From NCBI GenBank assembly GCA_013359225.1, contig JABWCG010000004.1, positions 1,550 to 65,549 on the forward strand: 64,000 bases of DNA, given 5' to 3'. Each line of letters begins with the position of its first letter. Positions within the stretch are counted from its first letter, which is position 1. Source of the stretch: Candidatus Buchananbacteria bacterium. GTDB taxonomy: Bacteria; Patescibacteriota; Patescibacteriia; Buchananbacterales; UBA6539. Of the stretch, positions 39,636-48,807 are shown in pieces. The notes under the pieces were generated by a model, which was not told where the DNA came from, ran no database searches, and saw nothing but the letters and a program-made list of their open reading frames with translations. A program made the position numbers and the translations under genes.

Positions 39636-40652
39636 GTGAAAAAATTTTTTCTCATTTTGCTGCTGAGTAGTGTTATCGTTACAGTTTTTTTATTATGGTC
39701 AAACAACACCAAACTCACACCCCAAAGCGGTGAACAAACACTGCTGCATAACGGTATTACACGAACCTACGTTGTTCATCTGCCAAAAGACAATGAGAAA
39801 AAACAAAACCTGCCGCTAGTGATTGTTTTACATGGTGGTGGCGGAGACATTGAATCAATACAAACCATTACCTCCTTTAATCAGGCGGCAGACAACAACG
39901 TCTTTGTCGCGGCATATCCACAGGGCACAGGTGTTACCTACTTAGGCAAAACGTTTGGTACCTGGAATGCCGGCACCTGTTGTCCCCCCGCCACCACTAA
40001 TGATAGTGACGACGTTGGTTTTATTAAAGATCTAATCAGTGAGCTGCATAAAAAGTATGCAATTGATTTACGCCGCGTCTATGTTACCGGCCTATCCAAC
40101 GGCGCCCAGCTTAGTTACCGTCTTGCCTGTGAACTTTCCGACCACATTACCGCCATTGCACCCGTTAGCGGGATTGCTCCTTTTGATGGATTAAAAAAGT
40201 GCCAGCCCCAAAAGCCGGTGCCTATTTTTCATATCCACGGCACTAATGACCCCTGCGTCTTTGTTGCCGGTGGCAACTGTGGCGGCTGTTTTGCCAGCCT
40301 TACCAGCGCACTCGGTTTAGAGTCTCAACCACACATTTGGCTCTGTTCCGACCTTGATAGTTACCTAAAAGCCTGGGCCACAATTTATGACTTAGATATT
40401 AATCAAACCAAAACATACCACACTGATTCTCTAGATTGTCTAACATACACCGACGCAACCAATAACCACCCCATAACAAAATGCTTGGTGTCTAATAACG
40501 GTCACACCTGGGCCGGTGGCAATTATGGCCCGGCCTGCAAACAGCCTGATTCAAAAATTTGTACTGTAACTAAAGAGGTGCTCGGACCACTAAACTCAAC
40601 CGTCAACACTACTCAATTGATTTGGGATTTTTTTTCACAATACCAAAAATAA
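39636..40652 (+). CDS. secreted alpha/beta-hydrolase esterase (PHB-depolymerase/LpqC-like)
   Basis: Signal peptide, LHGGGG, GLSNGA nucleophile elbow; GTG start. Confidence 0.5.
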   Translation: MKKFFLILLLSSVIVTVFLLWSNNTKLTPQSGEQTLLHNGITRTYVVHLPKDNEKKQNLPLVIVLHGGGGDIESIQTITSFNQAADNNVFVAAYPQGTGVTYLGKTFGTWNAGTCCPPATTNDSDDVGFIKDLISELHKKYAIDLRRVYVTGLSNGAQLSYRLACELSDHITAIAPVSGIAPFDGLKKCQPQKPVPIFHIHGTNDPCVFVAGGNCGGCFASLTSALGLESQPHIWLCSDLDSYLKAWATIYDLDINQTKTYHTDSLDCLTYTDATNNHPITKCLVSNNGHTWAGGNYGPACKQPDSKICTVTKEVLGPLNSTVNTTQLIWDFFSQYQK

Positions 40653-40697
40653 AGTAATAAAAAAGACGGTTACATTTTGCAACCGTCTTTTTTATTA

Positions 40698-41837
40698 CTA
40701 CTGCTTAATCGGCATAATAATATACAAGTAGTCTTTATTTTTTCCGCCCGGCCGCAACACACAAGGGCTGCTCCCATCTATTATCTCAACAGCAACTTGT
40801 TCATCACCAATGTTTTGCAGGCCGTCTAAAAGATACCGATAATTTACGACAATTTTATTATTACTGCCGCTAATTTCCCCGGATAATCGTGAAAAATTTT
40901 CTCCCAGCTGATTATTAGCCGACGAAACCACAATTTCTTTTTTGTTAGGTAAAAACTCCAAGCTCACATCATAAATTCCGCTTCTGGTAAAAAGACTAGT
41001 TGTTTTGGTTGCTTTAATAAATTCCGAACTAACAAGGTTTGTTGTGGTATTAAATTGGTTTGGTATTATTTGCTGATAGTCGGGGTATTGTCCTTCAACT
41101 AGACGAGAGATCAACTCAATATTACCAAGAACAAATAAAATTTGATTTTCCGCCAAATAAATTTCTACATCCTCAAGATCAGAAATAGCGGCCGGATCCT
41201 TAAAACTTCCTAAAATTCTTTGTAACTCCTGTAAGGTTCGGGTGGGAATAATTATTTTTTGCGGAACACTGCTTGATTTTTTATTTAATATCACCGTTTT
41301 TTCCGCCAAACGATAACTATCAGTAGCGGCTAAAATCAGCTTATCACCCACAAAGTTAAAAAGTACCCCATTAATTTCAGGTCTGGTTTCACTAATAGAA
41401 ACCGCAAAAGTCACCTGACTAAGGGCTTGCCGTAAACTTTGACTATTTAAAATATAAGGGTTTTTTCGGTCGATTTGAGGAATTAAAGGAAAATCAGCAG
41501 CACTCTGGCCTTTAATTTTTGTTGAGTTATTTTTACACGCAACCTGTAAAACAGTTTCATTCTCAACTGTTTCTAAATCAACTCGATCACGTGGTAAAAG
41601 GCCAACATAATCAGCCAATAACCTTGATTGAACCGTAAAATCTCCTTCAGCTTCAACCTTGCCGCGAATAACACAACTAACTCCAATTTCTAAATTAGTT
41701 GAAGATAATGTAATTGAGCTTTCTGCCGCCTTAATTAAAATATTATTTAAAATTGGTAGCGCGGTATTTTTAGAAGCAATGTGACTAACAACGAACAAAC
41801 CCTGATTTAAATTTTCTTGAGTGCAGGAAATCTTCAT
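40698..41837 (-). CDS. dnaN: DNA polymerase III beta sliding clamp
   Basis: 379 aa, three-domain clamp pattern, located immediately downstream of dnaA. Confidence 0.85.
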   Translation of the reverse strand: MKISCTQENLNQGLFVVSHIASKNTALPILNNILIKAAESSITLSSTNLEIGVSCVIRGKVEAEGDFTVQSRLLADYVGLLPRDRVDLETVENETVLQVACKNNSTKIKGQSAADFPLIPQIDRKNPYILNSQSLRQALSQVTFAVSISETRPEINGVLFNFVGDKLILAATDSYRLAEKTVILNKKSSSVPQKIIIPTRTLQELQRILGSFKDPAAISDLEDVEIYLAENQILFVLGNIELISRLVEGQYPDYQQIIPNQFNTTTNLVSSEFIKATKTTSLFTRSGIYDVSLEFLPNKKEIVVSSANNQLGENFSRLSGEISGSNNKIVVNYRYLLDGLQNIGDEQVAVEIIDGSSPCVLRPGGKNKDYLYIIMPIKQ

Positions 41838-42121
41838 ACGTGTTATTTTATTTCTTAATTTATATATTAATAGTAATAATAAGGGATGAGGATAAGTAGA
41901 ATAAGTCGTATAAATGTTTTTATTAAGCGACTTTTTAACATCGGTGCTGGGTAAAAGATATACAGTAAACTGTTGAAAACTTCTTGATAATTATTCCTCA
42001 ACTATTTTGGGGTAAAAGATATACAGGTTTGATCACAAGTTTTTCCCAATACTTATCCAAAATAGTTTCCCCACCACCTCTAGTAATTGTAAACAACTTA
42101 TCCGGTGTACGTCTGTAAAAA
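41838..42121. repeat. dnaA-dnaN intergenic AT-rich region with two 17-bp direct repeats (GGGTAAAAGATATACAG) and DnaA-box-like TTATCCAAA; candidate DUE/oriC half
   Basis: Direct repeats at about 41950 and 42015; AT-rich; position between dnaA and dnaN. Confidence 0.35.
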
Positions 42122-43483
42122 TTAATTGTACAATTTTTCTTTGATTAATCTGATGTCCTGATTTATTTTTTCATCCTCATCTATTAATTGAGCAATCTTT
42201 AAGTGAGCGTGCATGGCAGTAGTATGATCGCGATTACCGATCTCCTGGCCGATTGATGGAAAAGAATTTTTAAGTTCCTCGCGCATTAAATACATCACAA
42301 TTTGTCTAGGAACAGCAAGGTTTTTTTTCCGCGAAGCACCTAAAATTTCATCTAGCTTAATGTCGTAAAACTCGCAAACAATATTAATAATTTGTTTAGG
42401 GGTTACCGAACGTTTTCTTTGAGTTGAAGAAATCGTTGAAAGAATTTTTTTAACATTATCAATCTCTGGTTCAACGCCGTGCAGCTGGTGGTGAGCAATA
42501 ATTTTATTTAAAGCCCCCTCAAGCTCACGAATATTGTCTTGAATGTTGGTTACAATGTAGTTAATGACTTCATCTTTAAGCTGGTAGTTTTTTTCTTTGC
42601 ATTTATATCGTAGAATTGCTGAACGTGTTTCCATGTCGGGAGTTGAGATGTCGGCAATCATCCCCCATTCAAACCGCGATACAAGCCTGCTTTCTAGAGC
42701 TGGGATGGCTTTAGGTGGACGATCGGAAGTTAACACCACTTGTTTATTCGCTTGATGGAGATCGTTGAAAGTGTGAAAGAAAGCCTCTTGGGTTCCTTCC
42801 TTGCCGGCCAGAAATTGGATGTCGTCAATTAGCAACACATCAACACCGCGGTAGGTTTCTTTAAATTTTTCTGCCCGATTACTAGAAATTGATTTAATAA
42901 AATCGTTGGTAAATTTTTCGCACGAAACGTATAAGATCCGTTTGTTGGGAGCGGTTTGTTTAATTTGGTTGCCAATCGCCTGCATTAGGTGAGTTTTACC
43001 AAGACCGACGCCGCCGTAGATAAACAGCGGGTTGTACACTTCCCCGGGTTTTTGAGCCACCGCGGCGCTCGCCGCTTGGGCTAGTTCATTTGCTTTACCA
43101 ACGACGAAACTGTTGAAGTTATATTTTGGATTTAACCCAAACTCATTCAGGCCAGGCGTTTCTACAACCTCTTGCATCACCACCACTGTTTCTGGCTCAG
43201 CTTGGGCTTCGTTAACTTCGCTGCCGGCCTTTACTTTAGCCTCTACGCGGTAAATAAGAGTTTTAACCCGATTACCAGTGATTTTTTGCAGCGCCTTTAG
43301 GATGGCGGAATGGTATTTTTTTTCCAGCCAGGCTTTAGTAAAGGTATTGGGTACCCCAACCGTGATTGCATCTTCGTTGTATTGAGAGATAAAGGTATTT
43401 TTAAACCAGGTGGTAAAATTAGCCCGGCTAAGGGTTAATTCGAGTTCTCCAAGGGCAGCTTGCCAGATTTTTTCCTCTTCCAT
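42122..43483 (-). CDS. dnaA: chromosomal replication initiator DnaA
   Basis: Walker A GLGKTHL, AAA+ and C-terminal DNA-binding domain; 453 aa. Confidence 0.9.
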   Translation of the reverse strand: MEEEKIWQAALGELELTLSRANFTTWFKNTFISQYNEDAITVGVPNTFTKAWLEKKYHSAILKALQKITGNRVKTLIYRVEAKVKAGSEVNEAQAEPETVVVMQEVVETPGLNEFGLNPKYNFNSFVVGKANELAQAASAAVAQKPGEVYNPLFIYGGVGLGKTHLMQAIGNQIKQTAPNKRILYVSCEKFTNDFIKSISSNRAEKFKETYRGVDVLLIDDIQFLAGKEGTQEAFFHTFNDLHQANKQVVLTSDRPPKAIPALESRLVSRFEWGMIADISTPDMETRSAILRYKCKEKNYQLKDEVINYIVTNIQDNIRELEGALNKIIAHHQLHGVEPEIDNVKKILSTISSTQRKRSVTPKQIINIVCEFYDIKLDEILGASRKKNLAVPRQIVMYLMREELKNSFPSIGQEIGNRDHTTAMHAHLKIAQLIDEDEKINQDIRLIKEKLYN

Positions 43484-43701
43484 GTTGGCAATATATTATA
43501 ATTTTTAATTAAATTGGGTAAATTGTGGCGATTTTCATTATAGCATAATCGAGTTATCCACAAAACCGTTCTAGCCAGCCCTAAATGTTTTTAAGCTGTT
43601 AATTACATGTGTATAACACCTTAATTCCCCTTGCTGCTGGGTAGGCCCTTTGACTAAGTCGTAAAGTTCTGATATTATAGTTGAGTAATTATAAGTAGAA
43701 T
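43484..43701. promoter_or_regulatory. dnaA/rpmH divergent intergenic region with consensus DnaA box TTATCCACA (43554..43562) and 1-mismatch box TGTGTATAA; candidate oriC
   Basis: Perfect 9-mer DnaA box plus degenerate box in the classic rpmH-dnaA intergenic position. Confidence 0.5.
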
Positions 43702-43839
43702 ATGCCAAAAAGAACCTATCAACCAAAAAATCGAAAGGCTAAGAAGAAGCACGGTTTTCGATCCAGGATGAGCAGTCCGGGTGGTAAGAATGTGCTAAAA
43801 AGCCGACGAGACAAAAAGAGAAAAAGAATTTCTCTTTAG
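43702..43839 (+). CDS. rpmH: 50S ribosomal protein L34
   Basis: [23 protein letters not shown]...; 45 aa, below the cut-off of the supplied ORF track. Confidence 0.85.
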   Translation: MPKRTYQPKNRKAKKKHGFRSRMSSPGGKNVLKSRRDKKRKRISL

Positions 43840-43843
43840 GTTT

Positions 43844-44182
43844 ATGTTGCCGACAAGCTATCGATTAACCCAAGAAAAAGACTTTCGAAGAATTACTGTT
43901 TCAGGCAAGTCTTTTTTTTCACACTTTTTTAGGCTTCGTTTAGCTAAAAATAACCTTAAAATTAGTCGATTTGCCGTGGTAATTTCCAGCCGTGTCAGTA
44001 AAAAAGCCGTGATGCGAAATCGCCTCAAACGTCAACTGCGCGAGATAATTAGGCTTAATTTAGCCAAAATTAAAGGAGGTTTTGATGTGGTGGTATCTAG
44101 CAACAGTAAAGCTTTGGACGCAAATTACCAAGAATTAGAGCAACAATTATTACAATTGCTACGTAAATCCCATTTACTATGA
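43844..44182 (+). CDS. rnpA: ribonuclease P protein component
   Basis: Basic 112-aa protein in rpmH-rnpA-yidD-yidC order. Confidence 0.8.
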   Translation: MLPTSYRLTQEKDFRRITVSGKSFFSHFFRLRLAKNNLKISRFAVVISSRVSKKAVMRNRLKRQLREIIRLNLAKIKGGFDVVVSSNSKALDANYQELEQQLLQLLRKSHLL

Positions 44183-44433
44183 ACGTTGTTAGCATGGCGG
44201 CTCGAGTGACCGCGCTTAAGCTTATTAGAATTTACCAGAAAAGCCTGTCGTTTGATCATGGTATATTCAGCCGGCTGTTTCCTTATGGGTATTGTCGGTT
44301 TCACCCCACCTGTTCTGAATACGGCTACCAAGCGATTGAAAAGTGGGGTATTGTTAAAGGGGGTTATATGACCATCGGCAGAGTTTTTCGTTGCAATCCC
44401 TGGAGCAAGGGTGGGTATGACCCGGTTAAATAA
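44179..44433 (+). CDS. yidD: membrane protein insertion efficiency factor YidD
   Basis: [22 protein letters not shown] motif. Confidence 0.8.
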   Translation: MNVVSMAARVTALKLIRIYQKSLSFDHGIFSRLFPYGYCRFHPTCSEYGYQAIEKWGIVKGGYMTIGRVFRCNPWSKGGYDPVK

Positions 44434-44447
44434 ATAATTTAATATTC

Positions 44448-45197
44448 ATGATTGAACTATTTAATACCATATTATTTCAGCCGCTGTTTAATTTGTTGGT
44501 ATTTTTTTATAACTTAGTGCCCGGTAATGACTTGGGCGTAGCGATTATTTTACTGACGGTTTTAATTAAGGTAGTGCTGTATCCCCTTTCGTTGCAGTCA
44601 ATCCGATCACAAAAGGCGTTGCAAGAGCTGCAGCCGAAGATGGATGCGATTAAAAAGCAGTATAAAGACAATAAAGAGGCCCAGGCTAAGGCGTTGATGG
44701 ATCTATATAAACAGGAAAAGATTAACCCGTTATCATCCTGTTTGCCGTTGCTGGTCCAGCTGCCATTTTTAATCGCCGTGTTTCATGTTTTCAGTCGTGG
44801 GTTGAGCTCCGAAAGTTTAGATTTGTTGTATCCATTTATTCAAAATCCAGGCCACTTAAATCCAATCTCGCTTGGATTCTTTGATTTATCAAAACCAAAC
44901 ATTATTTTGGCGGTATTAACCGGTTTAGCACAATTTTTCCAGAGCAAAATGCTGGTGAGCACTAAACAGCCAAAAGTGCCCGGCGCGAAGGACGAAGACA
45001 TGATGGCGGCGATGAATAAGCAGATGCTATATTTTATGCCGTTAATGACAGTGGTAATTGGTGCTTCTTTGCCAGCCGGTCTTTTGGTGTACTGGTTTGT
45101 AACAACGGTATTAACTGTATTGCAACAGCAACTAATTTTTGGCCGTAAGAAAATAAAGCCGGCCGAAACTACAAACAACGATGAAAATCTCAAGTAA
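44448..45197 (+). CDS. yidC: membrane protein insertase YidC (short, 249 aa form)
   Basis: 5-TM core with conserved LYP/LLVQLPF region; operon position. Confidence 0.8.
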   Translation: MIELFNTILFQPLFNLLVFFYNLVPGNDLGVAIILLTVLIKVVLYPLSLQSIRSQKALQELQPKMDAIKKQYKDNKEAQAKALMDLYKQEKINPLSSCLPLLVQLPFLIAVFHVFSRGLSSESLDLLYPFIQNPGHLNPISLGFFDLSKPNIILAVLTGLAQFFQSKMLVSTKQPKVPGAKDEDMMAAMNKQMLYFMPLMTVVIGASLPAGLLVYWFVTTVLTVLQQQLIFGRKKIKPAETTNNDENLK

Positions 45198-45462
45198 TGA
45201 TTTAATCAATCTACCGGTGTACACTGAGGCCGGACAACATTTGGGCCGCATTATTTCTTTTGATATTAACATTGATAACTATCTGATTGAGAAATTTTAT
45301 GTGAAAACCGGACTGATTCAGGGGCTGTGGCATGAGCAGTTGATTATTAATCCATCTCAAGTAGTCTCAATTACGAAAGAAAAAATGGTGGTAGATAATT
45401 CGGTGGAGGCTGGCGAAACAGAAGGATTAAAGAAGGTAAGCCTGTCTCCGGCCACTAAGTAG
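45181..45462 (+). CDS. PRC-barrel-like small protein (YlmC/YmxH-like)
   Basis: 93 aa; overlaps yidC end; weak fold-level call. Confidence 0.3.
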   Translation: MKISSNDLINLPVYTEAGQHLGRIISFDINIDNYLIEKFYVKTGLIQGLWHEQLIINPSQVVSITKEKMVVDNSVEAGETEGLKKVSLSPATK

Positions 45463-45477
45463 TTGGTTAGATAATCC

Positions 45478-45508
45478 AAAAACAAGGGTGTTTTCACCCT
45501 TGTTTTAA
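45478..45508 (+). terminator. Rho-independent terminator after the yidC operon
   Basis: aaacaagggtg tttt cacccttgtttt. Confidence 0.6.
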
Positions 45509-45603
45509 TTAGGGATGCAGGAGTAAAATTACAATAGCCAGTATTTAGAGTTAGCATATATTTTTGGCCAAGGAACATTGACAACCAAGAGGAGGGCAAG
45601 ACG

Positions 45604-46113
45604 GTGAGCCAGAACAAAGACCGTAGCCGCTTGAAACCAATGCAGCTAACCGATCATCATATGATTCCTCGGTCCCGACTTGGACCGGAACGAAGGAACA
45701 CGCTTGGTCGGCGTAACATTAAGCGGGTGCAATGGCAATACCATGATGCCTGGCACTGCTTATTCTTGAACATGACGCCCTATGAAGCGGTAATCTGTAT
45801 CATTGAGCGCCTAGCTCCCCCAGACTATTTTTCGAACGTCAGGTTGAAAGCCGTTTGGGGCGGTGCCGAGTATGAGTACAGTCTTCGGGCAGAGCGTGAG
45901 CCGATTTTGATGATCGATCACTACCGCACCAAGAAGGATTGTGATCGATTTTTGAAGACGTTGTTTGCCGGTAAGGATTGGCCGGCGATAATTTCGGAAG
46001 TGGTGACCAGCTGGTCGCCAGAAGGATATTGGCAAACCGCCGTAGTGCGGACGCACCAACGCGGACGCAGGAGCTCTTTTATGTATCAAAACCAAGAGGC
46101 CGTTTCTGCCTAG
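45604..46113 (+). CDS. hypothetical protein with HNH-endonuclease-like motif
   Basis: GTG start with AGGAGG RBS at 9 nt; DHHMIPRSRLG...N...N...H..WH resembles the HNH core but lacks Cys ligands. Confidence 0.3.
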   Translation: MSQNKDRSRLKPMQLTDHHMIPRSRLGPERRNTLGRRNIKRVQWQYHDAWHCLFLNMTPYEAVICIIERLAPPDYFSNVRLKAVWGGAEYEYSLRAEREPILMIDHYRTKKDCDRFLKTLFAGKDWPAIISEVVTSWSPEGYWQTAVVRTHQRGRRSSFMYQNQEAVSA

Positions 46114-46134
46114 AGAGGAACGGGCCTTATTTTT

Positions 46135-46899
46135 TTAGAACAAGCGATTTTTGCCGACGATGATCTGGAGTTTTTTGGGGACGATTTCAATTTGGACGGG
46201 AGTTTTTAAAACCTTTTGGCCGTCGGTGAAAATGGGCACCGACTGGGAGCTACGGATGAATATTTTTTTAAACGGGATAATGCTACTGTTTAATGAGGTG
46301 GTTTTTTTGAAAAAATTAAAAAATCCCGAAGCAATTGGCTGTACTAAAATTTCTAGCAAGCCATCTTTTGGGTTGAAATAGTTGGTTTGTCCGAGATTGG
46401 AAGCTAATAACGGTTTAAAATTGCAGATACTAACTTGATCCTGGGCTTGGGTAGTCAAGCGGTATTGATCTTCGCATTCAATCGTGACTCCCTCGCTAGA
46501 TAATGTGATGCTGGACAGAAAAAAAGTATCGTTAGCCTTACCTAGGTCGATACGTTCAACAATTCGGCCAGCTAAAATATTGCACGCTTCTTCCGGGGAC
46601 GGGATGCCAAGCATTTGAGCAATTTTGTTGTCCGGTCCGACGGGAATAATTCCCATGGTGATATTGAATCTCGCCGCCACATTAATAACCTGGCTGACGG
46701 TTTTGTCATTACCAACCGCCACAACGGTTTTAATGCCGTTTTTTACCTCATCGCGGAGCAGCTCCTCAATGTTACGCAGCGGGGACAGACGAAAAATTTT
46801 TCCCCCGACACCTAAATCGGTTAACCGGGTTTCGATTTTTGCCACCAGTGAGCCGTACCGCTTCTCATTCAAAAAAGAATCGTATAAATACAAATACAT
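46135..46899 (-). CDS. DAGK-family lipid kinase (diacylglycerol kinase catalytic domain protein, YegS-like)
   Basis: VVAVGNDKTVSQVIN and IIPVGPDN motifs. Confidence 0.5.
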   Translation of the reverse strand: MYLYLYDSFLNEKRYGSLVAKIETRLTDLGVGGKIFRLSPLRNIEELLRDEVKNGIKTVVAVGNDKTVSQVINVAARFNITMGIIPVGPDNKIAQMLGIPSPEEACNILAGRIVERIDLGKANDTFFLSSITLSSEGVTIECEDQYRLTTQAQDQVSICNFKPLLASNLGQTNYFNPKDGLLEILVQPIASGFFNFFKKTTSLNSSIIPFKKIFIRSSQSVPIFTDGQKVLKTPVQIEIVPKKLQIIVGKNRLF

Positions 46900-46903
46900 A
46901 AAA

Positions 46904-47344
46904 CTATTTTACCTTTTCAACCAGCGGGGTGAGTGGCTTTTCTTTTGGTTTGATATTTTTATCTACTTTTTTATAATCTTCAACTTTTTCAAAACGCGAT
47001 TTTTTTTCTTCACCAGCGCTGCACTTGCCGTGCAGGACCGCGCCTGAACCAATGGTTAAAACGGTGGCTCGGACATCGCCAAAAACTTTAGCCGTGCCGG
47101 TTAATTCTAGGCTGCCGTCAACCCGGACATTGCCCTGCACCTCGCCGGCAATTAAAGCATTGGCGGCTGAAATGTTGGCAAAGATTTTAGCCTGTTCGCC
47201 GACCCGTAAATTTTTTTCCGTTTGGATATTTCCGGAAACCACCCCTTCAATAATAATGTCGCCGTTAGCAATAAAATTTCCTTCAACTTGTACGGACGGA
47301 CCAATAATGGTTTCGATCTCGCCGCTTTCTTCTTTTCTAAACAT
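46904..47344 (-). CDS. bactofilin (polymer-forming cytoskeletal protein)
   Basis: Repetitive beta-helical G.V.G...V pattern (IEGVVSGNIQTEKNLRVGEQAKIFANISAANALIAGEVQGNVRVDGSLELTGTAKVFGDV), lysine-rich tail. Confidence 0.65.
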   Translation of the reverse strand: MFRKEESGEIETIIGPSVQVEGNFIANGDIIIEGVVSGNIQTEKNLRVGEQAKIFANISAANALIAGEVQGNVRVDGSLELTGTAKVFGDVRATVLTIGSGAVLHGKCSAGEEKKSRFEKVEDYKKVDKNIKPKEKPLTPLVEKVK

Positions 47345-47479
47345 AATATTAAGAGGGTTAGTGAGTTATTTTACTTTTTTATTCTAGGCCGTTTTGGCGT
47401 TACTGTCAATTTGAAATTATCTCTTGATTTATTTAGTTGGTTGTGTTATGGTAAGGTCTGTTACTATTTATTTTAACTT

Positions 47480-47749
47480 ATGCCAGTAAAGAAAGCAGCT
47501 TTTAAAGCGCTACGACAAAGCAAGCGTAAGGCTAATATCAATCTTAAAGTTAAAAGCGACATTATCGCTTTAACTCGCCGAATTAATAAGGCGATTTTGG
47601 CGAAAGACGAAGCTAAAGCCAAAGATTGGTTAAAACAGCTCATCAAGAAAGTCGATAAAGCGACTCAGAATAAGGTGATGAAAAAAAATACTGCCGGCCG
47701 CAAGAAATCTCGCTTAACCAAAGCAGTCAACGCGCTTAGTAAAAAATAG
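47480..47749 (+). CDS. rpsT: 30S ribosomal protein S20
   Basis: MPVKKAAFKALRQSKRKANINLKVKS...; 89 aa. Confidence 0.85.
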   Translation: MPVKKAAFKALRQSKRKANINLKVKSDIIALTRRINKAILAKDEAKAKDWLKQLIKKVDKATQNKVMKKNTAGRKKSRLTKAVNALSKK

Positions 47750-47751
47750 AT

Positions 47752-48741
47752 TCAATTTTTAATTACTAACAAGTCAAACAACAGCTCGGCGCTCGTTTGG
47801 CTTGTTTTTAATTGGTAATCAATTACCAGCAGGTGGCGGTAGATTTTTTTCAAGTTCTCAAGCTGATAGTGCCGGCAGGCCTCGGCGGTTTTTTTAATCA
47901 CAAACGGGTGAAGTCCGATTTGGTAGCTGAGGCGTGCAGGCGGGTAACTCGCGCCGTGGCGTTCCATAAAGTCTTTGACGAGCAGCAGATTTTTGAATTG
48001 CCAGGTAATTTTAGCCAGTAGTTCGGTTGGCGCGGTTCCGGACTGTAATTGGTCGGCGATTAATTTTAAAGCTAATGATTTACGGCGTTGGCCAAGCGCA
48101 TCGGTGAGTTTAAAAATATCATCGTCAAGCCTGGTTTTAACCAATAGCTCAACGTCGTTGGTGGTGATTACTCTTGCTTTGGCGTAGTTGATTAATTTAT
48201 CAACCTCGCCGTTTAGCTGCCACAAATCGTTTCCGGTGAGGTCAACAAGCAAGCGTAACGCACCCGGTTCAATTTGAGCACCCCGCCGCTTAATTTCATC
48301 GGCCGCAAAGCGAACGACGTCTGATGTGTTTAGCAGTTCAAACTCCTGCGCATATTTTTCTTTTTTCAACTTAGCCAATAGGTTTTGTTCTCGGCTGGTG
48401 GTGGACTTGGTTTTTTTGGCCTTCGCGGGTCCGATTTCGCTTTCCCAAAATACTAAAATAGTGTCGGTGATTATTTTATTATTTAAAATATCAAGAATTT
48501 CTTTTTGGATTTTAGGGCTTTTATTTTTAGAGATTAAATCCTCGATAATCACCAGTCTTTTTTTAGCCAGAAATGCTGGCGCAAAGACCGCATTTTCAAA
48601 CTCGGCCGGGTCCAGCTTGGCACCAGATAGCGTTTGCACATTAAGCCCTGATTTATCGATTTCACGGATAAATTTATCTTTGATTTGTGACAGTTTTTGG
48701 CGAGACCGAAACGTGTCTGGCCCGTATAAGAAGATAATCAT
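47752..48741 (-). CDS. holA: DNA polymerase III delta subunit
   Basis: MIIFLYGPDTFRSRQKL N-terminus, 329 aa. Confidence 0.7.
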   Translation of the reverse strand: MIIFLYGPDTFRSRQKLSQIKDKFIREIDKSGLNVQTLSGAKLDPAEFENAVFAPAFLAKKRLVIIEDLISKNKSPKIQKEILDILNNKIITDTILVFWESEIGPAKAKKTKSTTSREQNLLAKLKKEKYAQEFELLNTSDVVRFAADEIKRRGAQIEPGALRLLVDLTGNDLWQLNGEVDKLINYAKARVITTNDVELLVKTRLDDDIFKLTDALGQRRKSLALKLIADQLQSGTAPTELLAKITWQFKNLLLVKDFMERHGASYPPARLSYQIGLHPFVIKKTAEACRHYQLENLKKIYRHLLVIDYQLKTSQTSAELLFDLLVIKN

Positions 48742-48807
48742 AGGCGAGGTTTATTGTAGCAAAAAACCTCGTTGGTTTAAAGCCTGGCAAAATGCTACAA
48801 TAATTTT

